Shown in pieces: positions 45,866 through 62,111 of a stretch of DNA of 64,000 nucleotides (within the stretch, counting starts at the first letter, position 1; the number at the start of each line of letters is the position of its first letter). The notes beneath the pieces are model-generated. The model searched no databases. It saw only the letters and a program-made list of their open reading frames with translations, and was not told the origin of the DNA. The stretch is taken from assembly GCF_009914755.1 (NCBI RefSeq), contig NC_060937.1; one strand, given 5' to 3'. The translations under genes were made by a program, and so were the position numbers. The DNA comes from the human T2T-CHM13v2.0 reference genome, Homo sapiens.

Positions 45866-47478
45866 TGCATATCACTCTTAAGGCACCATAGCATCTGCCC
45901 TCCATTTTTGGAATTGGCAGCAAAAATGGCATGGCATGCAACAGTCCATGGTGTAAACCGGCTGTTTGAGGAGTATATGTTCTAACATGAGAACCATGAC
46001 CAAAGGGACAAAGCAGCTAGTGTGCTTGGGTGGTGACAATGCAGAAGGCCTTGTGGTTCTGGGAATTACCACAGAATTGAAGAGGGGGAAAAGATCCTTA
46101 GGCTTCCATACTCCAACTGGCTGATATTACAACTAAGAGAAACAAATGAGGTTACAGAAAGTTGCTGACACAGGCAGGACAGGACCTAGGGGCTCTCTCT
46201 CTCAGGCCAGTACCCTTTCCCCTGGCCCTGTTTGCCATAGCTCAGCCCTCACTTCTGGGGCTCATGTGGCCAGTATGTTTCTGGAATGCAGAATTTCTGC
46301 TTTCAGTTCCCCTAACTCATTCTCAGATAACTTTGATACAGAGAGACTATGGTCAGTACTGTATTCACATCTCTAATTTATTATCTGAAGTATTTACACT
46401 TTTGTTGTACCCAAACAGGGTATTAGGGTCTGATATATATCCCATTTTGTTCTTGTGATCTTCCATCACAGCTCAGAAGTGACTTCTCTTTTTTTGTGAT
46501 CACTTACAGAACATACATCTCTCACTCTTCTGACTCTCATCATTTACTCTCCCATATTAATATCTATTTGTCCATATGGTACATATATTTTTCCCTCTAA
46601 TAAACTGTTAGTATCACAAAATCTCACACAAAGTTGATACTCAATATAGGCTTCCAGATATGTTGGCTATTTTAATATTCAATTCACTTTATATTTCCCT
46701 TTCCATATTTTTATCATGCTAAAGAAAAGAAAAAAATTACATTTGTACAACAAAGGAAATTTAAGCTGTAAATCTGAATTGAAATCTAAATGTAAATTTT
46801 AAACTCTAAAATTGAGCCATTCGATGGCTTTCTAAACAAACTAGGGTGTTTCAGCCTCTTTATAAAAGTGAAAGTGCTGATGGCAGGAAGGTATTTTTGT
46901 ATTAAGCTATTGTCAGTGATGAGATATCTCTGTCATCCTAATTGTTCATTTCTCACCCAACGTCTTTCCACCTGACATTTTCCCTGAAAAATATGACCTT
47001 CATATCACTTTTTTGTCAGTTAGAGTGAAGCATCGTCTCAGCAACTTGTCTCCACTGTAACTTGGTGCACCGATCTGGGAGGTTAGTGAGAAAGTAACAA
47101 TAATTTCCAAGTGAAAAGTCGGCATGTGCTAACAAGAGTCTCAAGTGCTGGAACTTAACGGCTGCTATGGTTCAGATCTCCATTTCCACTACCCATTTCT
47201 GGAGAGGATTGAAACACCATGATGCCTCATTAAACAACTGATATCCTCACCTCTGAAACACATTTACCAGTTAAAAAAAATTCAAAGTCTCGAAATACCT
47301 CTTTCTGAATTTGGCTTTCTTCTCAAAATTTAGCTGGAAAAGGAATACTTCCTTGATGTTAGTTTCTTAAATGATCTTAGTTGCCTTAATTAGAATTCTA
47401 TTTATGTCTTCAATTTGATAAGTCTAAATCATCTGATTGAGTGGAGGTGAATTCGTTTGAAACAAATCTGAATCATTT

Positions 47479-48330
47479 GTGAAGTGTCTGTTCATGTCCT
47501 TTGTTGGTTTTTGTAATGGGTTGTTTTTTGCTTGCTAATTTGTTTAAGTTCCTCATAGATTCTGGATATCAGACCTTTGTCAAATGCATAGCTTGAAAAT
47601 ATTTTCTCCTATTCTGTAGGGTGTCTGTTTACTCTGTTGATACTTTTCTTTGCTGTGCAGGATATCTTTAGTTTAATTTGGTCCCCCCTGTCAGTTTTTG
47701 TTTTTGCTGCAATTGCTTTGGAGTCTTCATCATGAAATCTTTGCCAATGCCTATGTCCACAATGGTATTTCGTAGGTTTTCTTCCAGGGTTTTTATAGTT
47801 CTAGGTTTTACATTTAAGTCCTTAATCCATCTTAAGTTAATTTTTGTCTGTGGGGAAAAGTAGGAGTGCAGTTTCAATCTTCTGCATACGGCTATCCAGT
47901 TATCCCAGCAACATTTATTGAATAGGGAGTCCTTTCCTCGTTGCTTGTTATTTGTTATTGTCAGCTTTGTTGAAGATCAGGTGGTTGTAGGTGTGCAGCT
48001 TTATTTCTGCGTTCTCTAATCTATTCCATTGGTCTATGTGTCTGTTTTTATACCAGAACCATGATGTTTTGGTTACTGTAGAATTATAGTATCATTTGAA
48101 GATGGGTAGTGTGATACCTTTGTTTTTGTTCTTCTTGCTTAGGATTGCTTTGGCTACTATGGCTCTTCTTTTGTTCCGCGTGAATTTTAGGATAGTTTTT
48201 TTCTAATTCTATGAAAAATGTCATTGGTAGTTTGATAGGAATAGCATTGAATCTATAAATTGCTTCGGGTAGTATGGACATTTTTACAATGTCCATGCTC
48301 CTATTTGTGAGCATGGAATTGTGTTTTTCC
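47479..48330 (-). mobile_element. L1PB/old-L1PA ORF2 fragment lacking 3'UTR and tail
   Basis: ORFs 47668-47877 and 48084-48368 resemble L1 ORF2 ([30 protein letters not shown]). Confidence 0.92.
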
Positions 48331-48335
48331 TGATA

Positions 48336-48472
48336 TTTATATATGTGTATATATATATATACACACACTCACATACATATATATACATATAGTTTTGTGT
48401 ATGTGTGTGTATGTGTGTATATGTGTGTATGTGTGTGTACATATATACACACACACAAATATATATATATAT
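48336..48472. repeat. Compound (TA)n/(TG)n/(CA)n microsatellite
   Basis: Direct observation. Confidence 0.95.
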
Positions 48473-48530
48473 CTTTTTCCCACAAATTCTTGAAAAACAA
48501 AAATGAGCTATCATGTTTATTCGCTGCAGG

Positions 48531-49198
48531 TAATGGTGTGCTGTGAAAACTTAAACAATTGGCTTTCCAAATAAAAGCCCTGATTCATGGCATCTGCCAA
48601 CTTCTGTGGTGTAAATACTCCTACTGTATCTGGTTTCAAATTAAGGGAGGAGACCACCCCTCATATGCCTTATGCCCAATTTCTGCCTCCAAAGAAAGAA
48701 AAAGTAAAAACTAAAAGGCAGAAATGAAATCCACAAGCAGACAGCCCGGCGCCACACCCTGGGCCTGGTAGTTAAAGATCGACCCCTGACCTAATCGGTT
48801 ATGTTATCTATAGATTACAGACATTGTACAGAAAAGCACTGTGAAAATCCCTCTCCTGTTTTGTTCCAATCTAATCACTGGTGCATGCAGCCCCCAGTCA
48901 CGTACCCCCTGCTTGCTCAATCGATCACGACCCTCTCACGCACACCCCCTTAGAGTTGTGAGCCCTTGAAAGGGACAGAAATTGCTCACTTGGGGAGCTT
49001 GGCTCTTGAGACAGGAGTCTTACCGATGCCCCCAGCCGAATAAACCCCTGCCTTCTTTAACTCAGTGTCTGAGGAGTTTTGTCTGTGGCTCGTCCTGCTA
49101 CAAAACTACTAACATGACATCACTGAACACAGAGTTGGGAAGAGATGCATATAATCAGCTCTTGTGAGCTGCTGTGTGCTAGCTCCAGTGTATCTCTG
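48531..49198 (+). mobile_element. MER63-type hAT transposon interrupted by LTR2
   Basis: aaagccctgatt…gtggtgtaaatactcc…tttcaaa[LTR2]…acatcactgaacacagagttgggaagagatgca. Confidence 0.8.
48642..49102 (+). mobile_element. LTR2 (HERV-E/Harlequin) solo LTR
   Basis: taagggaggagaccacccctcata…cagcccggcgccacaccctggg…aataaaccc…cgtcctgctaca; 4-bp TSD aaat/aaac; many CpGs retained. Confidence 0.95.
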
Positions 49199-50113
49199 CA
49201 TGTCTCCATCAAAATGTTTTCCTCTACATTTTCCCCACAGACAGACTTTTCATTGTGTGATTCTCACATCAGTAGTGAACATTTTAGAGACAGCTCAGGA
49301 TAATAGAAAAAAAAAAAAAAAACAAAGAGATTTTTAGAGACAGATAGCCTGGCCCTGGCTCCATACTTAAAAATGATGGAAACTTAGGCTAGTTTCTTAA
49401 CCTCTTAAAGCCTAGCCTCTCTTTCCCTTTGTGTATGAGAGGGTGTTGTGAAGACTAAATAAAATTAGATCACCCTTTAATAGTACTGTAAACAATGGGT
49501 CAAGAATGATCAGGAGCTCAGGAATGGGCTGACAGAAGATGAATGCAAATCTGGTTAAGAACAAAATTATTTTTTAAACAAATAGATCTTTTTATTTTAA
49601 AATGAGTTTTTCAAACTGTTCTTTATAAAGAATTTCTTATTCCATACTGTGAGTTCAGTTATTCTCAGTTTTTTTAATTCATAAAGTTAAAGAACCTCAC
49701 CAGTAGTAAAAGATGGACAGTGGGACCCACGTGATTGTTTCTCTGGTGATAAGGGTGGGAAGTGCCATGTGACAGTGGGGCCCTCCAAGAAATCAATCAT
49801 CATAAGGTTGATTTTTGTTGGAGTGTGCAACATGTTACACTTCAATCTTCTATTTTTGACCCATACAAGAAGTCTTTCTTTATTCTTGCTTAATTACATT
49901 TTTTTTATTATTATACTTTAAGTTCTAGGGTACATGTGCACAATGTGCAGGTTTGTTACATATGTATACATGTGCCACGTTGGTGTGCTGCACCCATTAA
50001 CTCGTCATTTACATTAGGTATATCTCCTAATGCTATCCCTCCCCCATTCCTCCACCCCATGACAGGCCCTGGTGTGTGATGTTCCCCTTCCTGTGTCCAT
50101 GTGTTCTCATTGT

Positions 50114-53958
<3,845 letters not shown>

Positions 53959-54006
53959 TTATTTTGCTCGTTAGTTGATGCAGTTTCTTCCTAGAATCGA
54001 TGGTCT

Positions 54007-55022
54007 TTACAATTTGGCATGTTTTTGCAGTGGCTGGTACTGGTTGTTCCTTTCCAGTTTTAGTGCTTCCTTCAGGAGCTCTTGTAATGCAGGCCTGGTG
54101 GTGGCAAAGTCTCTCAGCATTTGTTTGTCTTTAAGGATTTTATTTCTCCTTCACTTATGAAGCTTAATTTGGCTGGATATGAAGTTCTGAGTTGAAAATT
54201 CTTTTCTTTAAGAATGTTGAATATTGGCCCCCACTCTCTTCTGGCTTGTGGAGTTTCTGTGGAGAGATCTGCTGTTAGTCTGATGGGCTTCCCTTTGTGG
54301 GTAACCTGACCTTTCTCTCTGGCAGTCCTTAACATTTTTCCCTTCATTTCAACTTTGGTGAATCTGACAATTATGTGTCTTGGAGTTGCTCTTCTCGAGG
54401 AGTATCTTTGTGGCATTCTCTGTATTTCCTGAATTGGAATGTTTGGCCTGCCTTGCTAGGTTGGGGAAGTTCTCCCGGATAATATCCTGCAGAGTGTTTT
54501 CCAACTTGGTTCCATTCTCCCCATCACTTTCAGGTACACCAATCAGACGTAGATTTGGCCTCTTCACATAGTCCCATATTTCTTGAAGGCTTTGTTCGTT
54601 TCTTTTTGCTCTTTTTTCTCTAAACTTCTCTTCTTGCTTCATTTCATTCATTTGATCTTCAATCACTGATACCCTTTCTTCCAGTTGATCGAATCGGCTA
54701 CTGAAGCTTGTACATTCATCATGTAGTTCTCGTGCCATGTTTTTCAGCTCCATCAGGTCATTTAAGGACTTCTATACATTGGTTTTCTAGTTAGCCATTC
54801 GTCTAATCTTTTTTCAAGGTTTTTAGCTTCTTTACGATGGGTTCGAACTTCCTCCTTTAGCTCAGAGAAGTTTGATCTTCTGAAGCCTTCTTCTCTCAAC
54901 TCGTCAAAGTCGTTCTCCATCCAGCTTTGTTCCGTTGCTGCTGAGGAGCTGTGTTCCTTTGGAGGGGGAAAGGCACTCTGATTTTTAGAATTTTCAGCTT
55001 TTCTGCTCTGTTTTTTCCCCAT
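54007..55022 (-). pseudogene. L1 ORF1p, frameshifted into several pieces
   Basis: MGKKQSRKAENSK…, MELKNMARELHDEC…, RRATPRHIIVRFTKVE in different frames. Confidence 0.97.
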
Positions 55023-55597
55023 TTTTGTGGTTTTATCTACCTTTGGTCTTTGATGATGGTGACGTACAGATGGGGTTTTGGTGTGGATGTCCTTTCTGTT
55101 TGTTAGTTTTCCTTCTAACAGTCAGGACCCTCAGCTGCAGGTCTGTTGGAGTTTGCTGGAGGTCCACTCCAGACCCTGTTTGCCTGGGTATCAGCAGCAG
55201 AGGCTGCAGAACAGCGAATATTGCTGAACAGCAAATGCTGCTGCCTGATTGTTCCTCTGGAAGCTTCGTCTCAGAGGGGTACCTGGCCGTGTGAGGTGTC
55301 AGTCAGCCCCTACTAGAGGGTGCCTCCCAGTTAGGCTACTCGGGGGTCAGGGACCCACTTGAGGCGGCAGTCTGTCCATTCTCAGATCTCAAATTCCGTG
55401 CTGGAAGAACCATTGCTCACTTCAAAGCTGTCAGACAAGGACATTTAAGTCTGCAGAGGTTTCTGCTGCCTTTTGTTCGGCTATGCCCTGCCCCCAGAGG
55501 TGGAGTTTACAGAGGCAGGCAGGCCTCCTTGAGCTGCAGTGGGCTCCACCAAGTTCGAGCTTCCTGGCCACTTTGTTTACCCACTCAAGCCTCAGCA

Positions 55598-56134
55598 ATG
55601 GCAGGCATCCCTCCCCCACCCTTGCTGCTGCCTTGCAGATCGATCTCAGACTGCTGTGCTAGCAGTGAGCAAGGCTCTGTGGGCATGGGACCCTCTGAGC
55701 CATGTGTGGGATATAATCTCCTGGTGTGCCGTTTGCTACGACCACTGGAAAAGCTCAGTATTAGCATGGGAGTAACCCGATTTTCCAGGTGCTGTCCGTC
55801 ACTGCTTCCCTTGGTTAGGAAAGGGAATTCGCTGACCCCTTGCGCTTCCCAGGTGAGGCAATGCCTTGCTCTGCTTTGGCTCAAGCTCAGTGGGCTGCAC
55901 CCACTGTCCGGCCCCCACTGTCCAACAAGCCCCAGTGAGATGAACCCAGTACCTCAGTTGGAAATGCAGAAATCACCTGTCTTCTGTGTCACTCATGCTG
56001 GGAGCTATAGACTGGAGCTGTTCTATTCGGCCATCTTAGAATCCCCAGTAATTACATATTTTTTAAAACTATTTTCAGAAGTTCTATTTAAGAAAATGAA
56101 GTATTTACAGAGTACAATATGGGGCTGGATATGA
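55598..56134 (+). CDS. L1 antisense ORF0 homolog, extended to 178 aa by read-through into the flank (putative)
   Basis: MAGIPPPPLLLPCRSISDCCAS…GPSEPCVGY…GVTRFSRC aligns to recalled ORF0p (MAGAPPPASLPPCSLISDCCAS…GVTRFSRC); strong Kozak gcaATGg; expression not shown. Confidence 0.45.
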   Translation: MAGIPPPPLLLPCRSISDCCASSEQGSVGMGPSEPCVGYNLLVCRLLRPLEKLSISMGVTRFSRCCPSLLPLVRKGNSLTPCASQVRQCLALLWLKLSGLHPLSGPHCPTSPSEMNPVPQLEMQKSPVFCVTHAGSYRLELFYSAILESPVITYFLKLFSEVLFKKMKYLQSTIWGWI

Positions 56135-56146
56135 CTTGGTGCTTAA

Positions 56147-56516
<370 letters not shown>

Positions 56517-56544
56517 CATGTTTGTTCTTTCAGGCAGACTTTCC

Positions 56545-56910
56545 CTGTTGCAAAGGACAGAAATTTAGTACAAAATAGCTTAAATCAAAATGGAGTTTGT
56601 TGGCTCACATCACTGGGAAGTCTGTTAACTTTAGGATCAAGCCATAGCTTGATCAGCCTGTTCCCAAGATACCCCACTGAGTCTCTCCCTTTCTCTCTTC
56701 CTCTCTGTTTTCATTTCTTAGCTCTATTAACTTCTGCTTGTTCTCATCTAAGCCAGGTTAGGCTCTCTGCCTGTGTACAATGACAGTCACAGTAGCTTGA
56801 TAATCATAAGGGGTGATTATCTCAGAAATGACCTCCTTTCTGCTCCCCCAGCAGCTACATCAATCCCAAATTTAGCTCTGTTGGATCAAATGCCCACCCC
56901 TGGGGGAAAT
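56545..56910 (-). mobile_element. Old MLT1 (K/L-type) LTR
   Basis: gttgcaaaggacagaaa…gcttaaatcaaaatggagtttgttggctcac…atgcccacccctg. Confidence 0.6.
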
Positions 56911-57978
56911 CACAGTATTAAGAGGTAGGGCTTTCAAGAGGTGATTAGGTCATGAGGACTCCTCCCTCATGAATGAGATTAAAGCCCTTGGGAATGGGAC
57001 ATTGCAAAGCATTCCTCTCATTCACTCTTCTGTCATATGAGGACACAGCAATCCTCCCATCAGAGATGCATCCTTCCCCAGACACCAAACCTACCAGTGC
57101 CTTGATCTTGGACTTCCAGCCTCCAGAGCTGAGAGAAATAAATTTCTGTTCTCTGTAAATTACCCAGTCTGTGGTATTCTGTTATAGCAACACAAATGAA
57201 CTAAGACATAAATTGGAACAAGAGAAGTGGGGTGTTGCTATAACAAATACCTGACAATGTAGAAGCAGCTTTGGAACTAGGTCATGGGTAGAGACTGGGA
57301 GAGTTTTGAAGTGAGTGCTGGAAAATAGAGTGAGTCTGTGTTTCCATGAAGGGATCATTGAGGGCAATTCTAATGAGCACTCAGAAGAAGAGGAAAGCCA
57401 TAGGGAAAGCCTCAGTCTTTCCAGAAATTATCTAAGTGGTTGTGAACAGAATGTTGGTAGAAATATGGACAGTGAAGACATTTCTGATGAGGTCTCAGGT
57501 AGAAATGAGGAAAAAGGTTTTGGAAACTGGATGAAAGGCCATCCTTGTTACAAAGCAACAGAGAATTACGTCCATGACCTAGGACTTTGTGAAAGGCAGA
57601 ACATAAGAGGGACGAACTAGGATATCTGCAAGAAGAAATCTCTCAACAGCCAAGTAGTGAGGGGGCTGTGTGGTTTCTCTTGATTGCTGATAGTAAAATG
57701 TGAGAAGAGATAAATGATTTAGAGGTGAAAATTGTAATTCAAAGAGAAGCAGGATATAAAGATTTGGAAATTTTGCAGCCTGGCCATGTAAAAAGAATAA
57801 AGAAGCGTGTTTAGTAGAAAAAACAGAGTGTGTAAAGAGACCATTTGTTAAGAAGATTAGTATGGCTAGAAGGAAGCCAGGTGCTTATTCATCAAGATAA
57901 TGAGAGAATAACACAGAGAGGCTGTCCTTCCCTTCACAGTCCCAGAGTGACAGGACCTCAAGGCCAAAACAATTTAAA

Positions 57979-58224
57979 GGGTAATTTACAGAGAACAGAA
58001 ATTTATTTCTCTCAGCTCTGGAGGCTGGAAGTCCAAGATCAAGGCACAGGTAGGTTTGGTGTCTGGGGAAGGATGCATCTCTGATGGGAGGATTGCTGTG
58101 TCCTCATATGACAGAAGAGTGAATGAGAGGAATGCTTTGCGATGTCCCATTCCCAAGGGCTTTAATCTCATTCACCAGGGAGGAGTCCTCATGACCTAAT
58201 CACCTCTTGAAAGCCCTACCTCTT
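57979..58224 (-). repeat. Inverted copy of 56920-57165 (246 bp, 4 mismatches)
   Basis: Base-by-base reverse-complement comparison; near-identical ORFs 56973-57158(+) and 57986-58171(-). Confidence 0.98.
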
Positions 58225-59370
58225 GAGGCTTGCTGCTCGGGCTCAGAGCAGTCTTGGCTGCCCCAGCTGTGGCACAGATAGGTGAAGGTGTGACTTGGGC
58301 CATCACTCTAGAAGGTATAAGTGATGAGTGTTGGTGGTGTCCACATGGTACTAACTTCACAGGCTTGTAGGGTAGAGGTGCTTTAGAGGTATGGCTTCCT
58401 CCACCTAGATTTCAAAGGATGTTGACAGCCTCAGGGCTCAGGCAGAGACTTGCCTCAGGAGCGGGCCACTGCAGAAAGACCCCTACTAAGGCAATGCTTA
58501 GTGGAACCATAGGGGCAGGGTCACCCCCAACACCCCATAAGTGTATGTAGAGCTACCAGCATGCGATACCAGCTTGGGATTGCTGCAGGCACCTGACTCC
58601 AACCAGTGAGAGCTGCTGCGTGGGCTGTGCCCAGCAAAGCTGTGAGGGGGCTGTGAGGGCTGTCTAAGGCCTTAAGGGCCCAACCTCTGCCCCAGTGTGT
58701 CTGGAAGGCAGTAAAAGTATTGTTCTTGAAACTGAAGATTTAATGTTGTTCGCCCTGTTGGGTTTTGAACTTACTTGGAGTCTGTTACTCCTGTCTTCTT
58801 TCCTGTTGCTCCATTTTGGAATGGAAATGTCTATCCTATGCCTTACCACTGTATTTTGGAAACAAATCACTTGTTTTATTTCCCAGGCTCATAGCTGGAG
58901 TGAAATTCACCTCAGGATAAATTGTGCCTGGAATCTCACTGATATCTGATTTAGATTAGACTTTGGACTCAGACTGTAAAGTTGATGTTGGAATGAGTTA
59001 AGACTTTTGGGGGCTACTGGGATAGAAAGAATGCATTTTGTATATAAGAAGGATATAAATTTGGGGGGCTGGGGCAGAATGCTATTGTTTGAATATGTCT
59101 CTTCCAAAATTCTGATGTTGTCCATGTGTTGGTATTAAGAGGTGTGGCTTTAAGACATGATTTGTTCAAGAGGGCTCTGCCCTCATCAGTGGAACTAAGG
59201 CCTTACAAACAAGGCTGCATGCACTGTTCATCTCCTGCTTGCTCTCTTCTGCTCTGCTGCTATGTGAAGACAGATCCCCTCCCCTTCTGAGGATGCAGCC
59301 TTCCCCCAGACAACGGAATCTGTCAGTACCTTGATTTGAGGCTTCCCAGCATCCAGCACTGGGAGAAACA

Positions 59371-59411
59371 TTAGATTGGTGCCAAAATAATTGTGGTTTT
59401 TGCCATTACTT
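59371..59411 (+). mobile_element. Half MADE1 (Hsmar1 MITE terminal repeat) inside the 3' LTR
   Basis: ttagattggtgccaaaataattgtggtttttgccattact vs MADE1 ttaggttggtgcaaaagtaattgcggtttttgccattact. Confidence 0.88.
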
Positions 59412-59602
59412 GTAACAAATTTCTGTTCTTTATAAATTACCCAGTCTGTGGTACTGTGTTATAGCATCACAAACAAACTAAGACAGAGCCCTTATAGATG
59501 GCCCTCTAGAATCACAGAAGATAGGGCAGGGACAGCTACGCTATGGAATGAGAGCAAGGAAAACAAAAAAGTAACCCACGTGCACCAAAGACCTAGTCCA
59601 AG

Positions 59603-60193
59603 TGAGACAGGAGTGGGACACAGCTCCTCCTTCAGATATTTTTTTCTTTTTTTTTTCCTCTCTCCACAAAACCCAGACTACTACCTCGCTGATGCTGTAC
59701 CCACTAACCCCAAGGGTTTAGTCATACAAAGAAAATAGCCATTTTTCTTTGCTCTCATAATGTTTAACCATGCCTTTTACTTAAAGAATTCCAGGAACTG
59801 TCCTTCGGAGATCCACAATATTGAACCAAGGTTGTGGAGTGTTCCACCTTGGGAAGGAATGTTGGACAATTGATTTACAGCCTTGTTGCCACCTGCCAGA
59901 CTACCAGGTTGCCCTTTACTCAAGATAACCATGGCAACCAGAAGTGCTGACCTGCATACCCTACAGCTCCCATGCTTTACGCAGCCTGCAAACCCCACCC
60001 CTGATGTCAATTCCTACTCTTCACCTAATAAAAATTCCCTACTGGGGCTGTTTTCAGAGAGCTAGCTAGAAAATCCTTATACCTCAGCTGTTTCCCTTGC
60101 ACAAGCCCCAGAATAGAGCCTCATCGAGGAAACATGCTTGGCTTGTGTTGATTTCTATTACCTGGGGAATCTAAGAGCCCATAGTCTGTAACA
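59603..60193 (+). mobile_element. LTR19-family (ERV1) solo LTR
   Basis: tgagacagg…cataatgtttaaccatgccttttacttaaagaattccagg…tgtaaca; approximate 4-bp TSD caag/cagg. Confidence 0.8.
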
Positions 60194-60289
60194 CAGGTAC
60201 TCTATACTATCTGGGGTGGTCATCTAGTCTAAATTTAAATGCATCAGAATTAGGGAACTTTATTATATGCTGCCGCTACTACTACTGGT

Positions 60290-61168
60290 ATCAATAGCAA
60301 CCATTTTTTGGACACTTAGAAGCTGACAGGCATTGGATGGATGTAGTCCTATGTCATGTACTCCACAGGCCACCCTCAAGCTACCAGGCCCAAAGCCAGC
60401 AGCTCCACTGCCACCTGTTTCAGCAAAATGGGATCCCCAGCAGAGCTCGTTTCCCAGAAGACTCATTTCTGAAAGGAATACAGCACAAGGCTCCTGATTG
60501 TCAGCACCTGGCTCCATTCTTTACCTCCTCCTGGCAAGGGACTGGGACTTTGAGTTTGGACTTCAGCACTAGGCAGACAGGACAACAGTGATAGGCACCA
60601 AGAATGACAAATGTCCACTTGTCTTTCTAATACCTACACATAATCTTCTTATGTGCTTAAACTTTCAAGTAAAAAATCCCTCAATGGAACTGAATAAATT
60701 AAAACTCACTCTATCCCAAAAGGAAACCACTCAAGAGTTTCTCTTTTTTTGCATACAGCACTGAATTCAGGAATTTGGGGCCAAGTTTTTGTTTTTTGTT
60801 TTTTTTTAACCAAGTTTTCTTCCAATCCCATATTGGTCTTCTGCTGCCTCTGGACTAAATCTGTGAAGGTCACCATCACAACACATTCTGTATACACTAG
60901 GGGAATGGAAGAGATAAAAATAAATTATTATGAAAGTATTATCATTACATGATACGACAAGAAAATATGGGTACATGCCATGGTTCTCATTTCGGTGACT
61001 GATTGTTTATAGTTTTTATCAGTTCTTTTCTTCAGTAACTCTTTCATCTTCCCTTGGCCCATGGCTGGTACCTTGACCTGCTTCAGTTGGTTGCTCAGTG
61101 GATGGCTCTAAAAGATATTCCTGAGGCATCTGGGTCCTTGGTAGTCCTTTCTGTATGAGGTGCTATAG
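60290..61168 (-). mobile_element. Old ERVL/MaLR LTR plus internal fragment, cut off at 61168
   Basis: caaatgtccact LTR boundary; attcctgaggcatctgggtccttggtagtcct…tgctatagttt resembles ERVL/MLT-int. Confidence 0.55.
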
Positions 61169-62111
61169 TTTTTGTTTGTTTGGTTTTTTTTTTCCAAAAT
61201 TGAGGTGTTTATCTCTTTAACCCAAGCAGAAAAATGCATAACCCAGACTTCCTAAAAACACAGAACAACGAAATGGAACAGGATTGAAATTACCCTATTC
61301 CCAGGCTATGTGAGTTAAAATCAGAAGATCTGATTGAAGACAAATGTTCAAGTCACAGAAGAAAGATATTCTACCAGTGGTTACCTGGGCCTGTTTTGAG
61401 CTTTTGGTTCATATGGTTTTGGGGAAGTTCTCCAGTCATCTCTCCATCTTATGTTATTCATTAACAAAGAAACTATTTATATATTTACCAAGGCATCTCT
61501 TTATCTATTCTGAGACAAAGAAATCAAAATTTTTTTCAAACGTTGTCTTTTGAGGTAAATTAATAAGCAACCATGAAATAACAAAAAACAAAGTGAAGCT
61601 CTTTTGGTCATTTTTCCACCTTTGTTGTGTGTTTAAATTAAGTTTTCCAAAAATCTGCTAACGGAGAAATTACTGTCTGGGTCTGCTGAAACTTTACCTA
61701 TGTCCACAGTCTCAACCAGGAACAATTTGACCACAAAAATGTACTTCCTTTTATCAATAAGTTGATAAAAATGTCAATTATGTCATCCAATATAAATCAT
61801 AAAATATATAACAAAAATATAAAATTTTTAAGTGCTGGGAAAGAACTGAGAATGAAAAGGAATGAATGGAAATATGCAATACTTCAACCAGACCCTATTT
61901 CTTAATCATTAAAACTCTTTTTCTATTTTACTTCGACATAGTGAATTTCAACAGGAACTGAAAAAACAGGAATATGGTGCTAGTTCATTCTGATTTAAAG
62001 TTTGAACTCTATTTCAGAATTCTCATATCAAGGAGTTCTGAACATTTCGCCAATTATTTTCAGAAGGAAATGTGAAAGAGCAATATATCAGAACTCAAAA
62101 TGAAAAGTATA

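Larger units (their letters stand above)
56912..59485 (+). mobile_element. MST/MLT1A-class MaLR provirus: 5'-clipped LTR (56912-57208), internal region, 3' LTR (59080-59485)
   Basis: Both LTRs end aaattacccagtctgtggta…ctaagaca; internal starts aattgg…gagaagtggggtgttgct; purine tract ttggggggctggggcagaa precedes the 3' LTR. Confidence 0.92.

Noticed and set aside
56973-58171. Two near-identical 61-aa ORFs resembling a duplicated small gene
   Set aside because: Both are translations of MaLR LTR sequence; the identity reflects the DNA inverted duplication
61749-61770. ttttatcaa-taag-ttgataaaa hairpin
   Set aside because: A 9-bp AT-rich stem is plausible by chance in 64 kb
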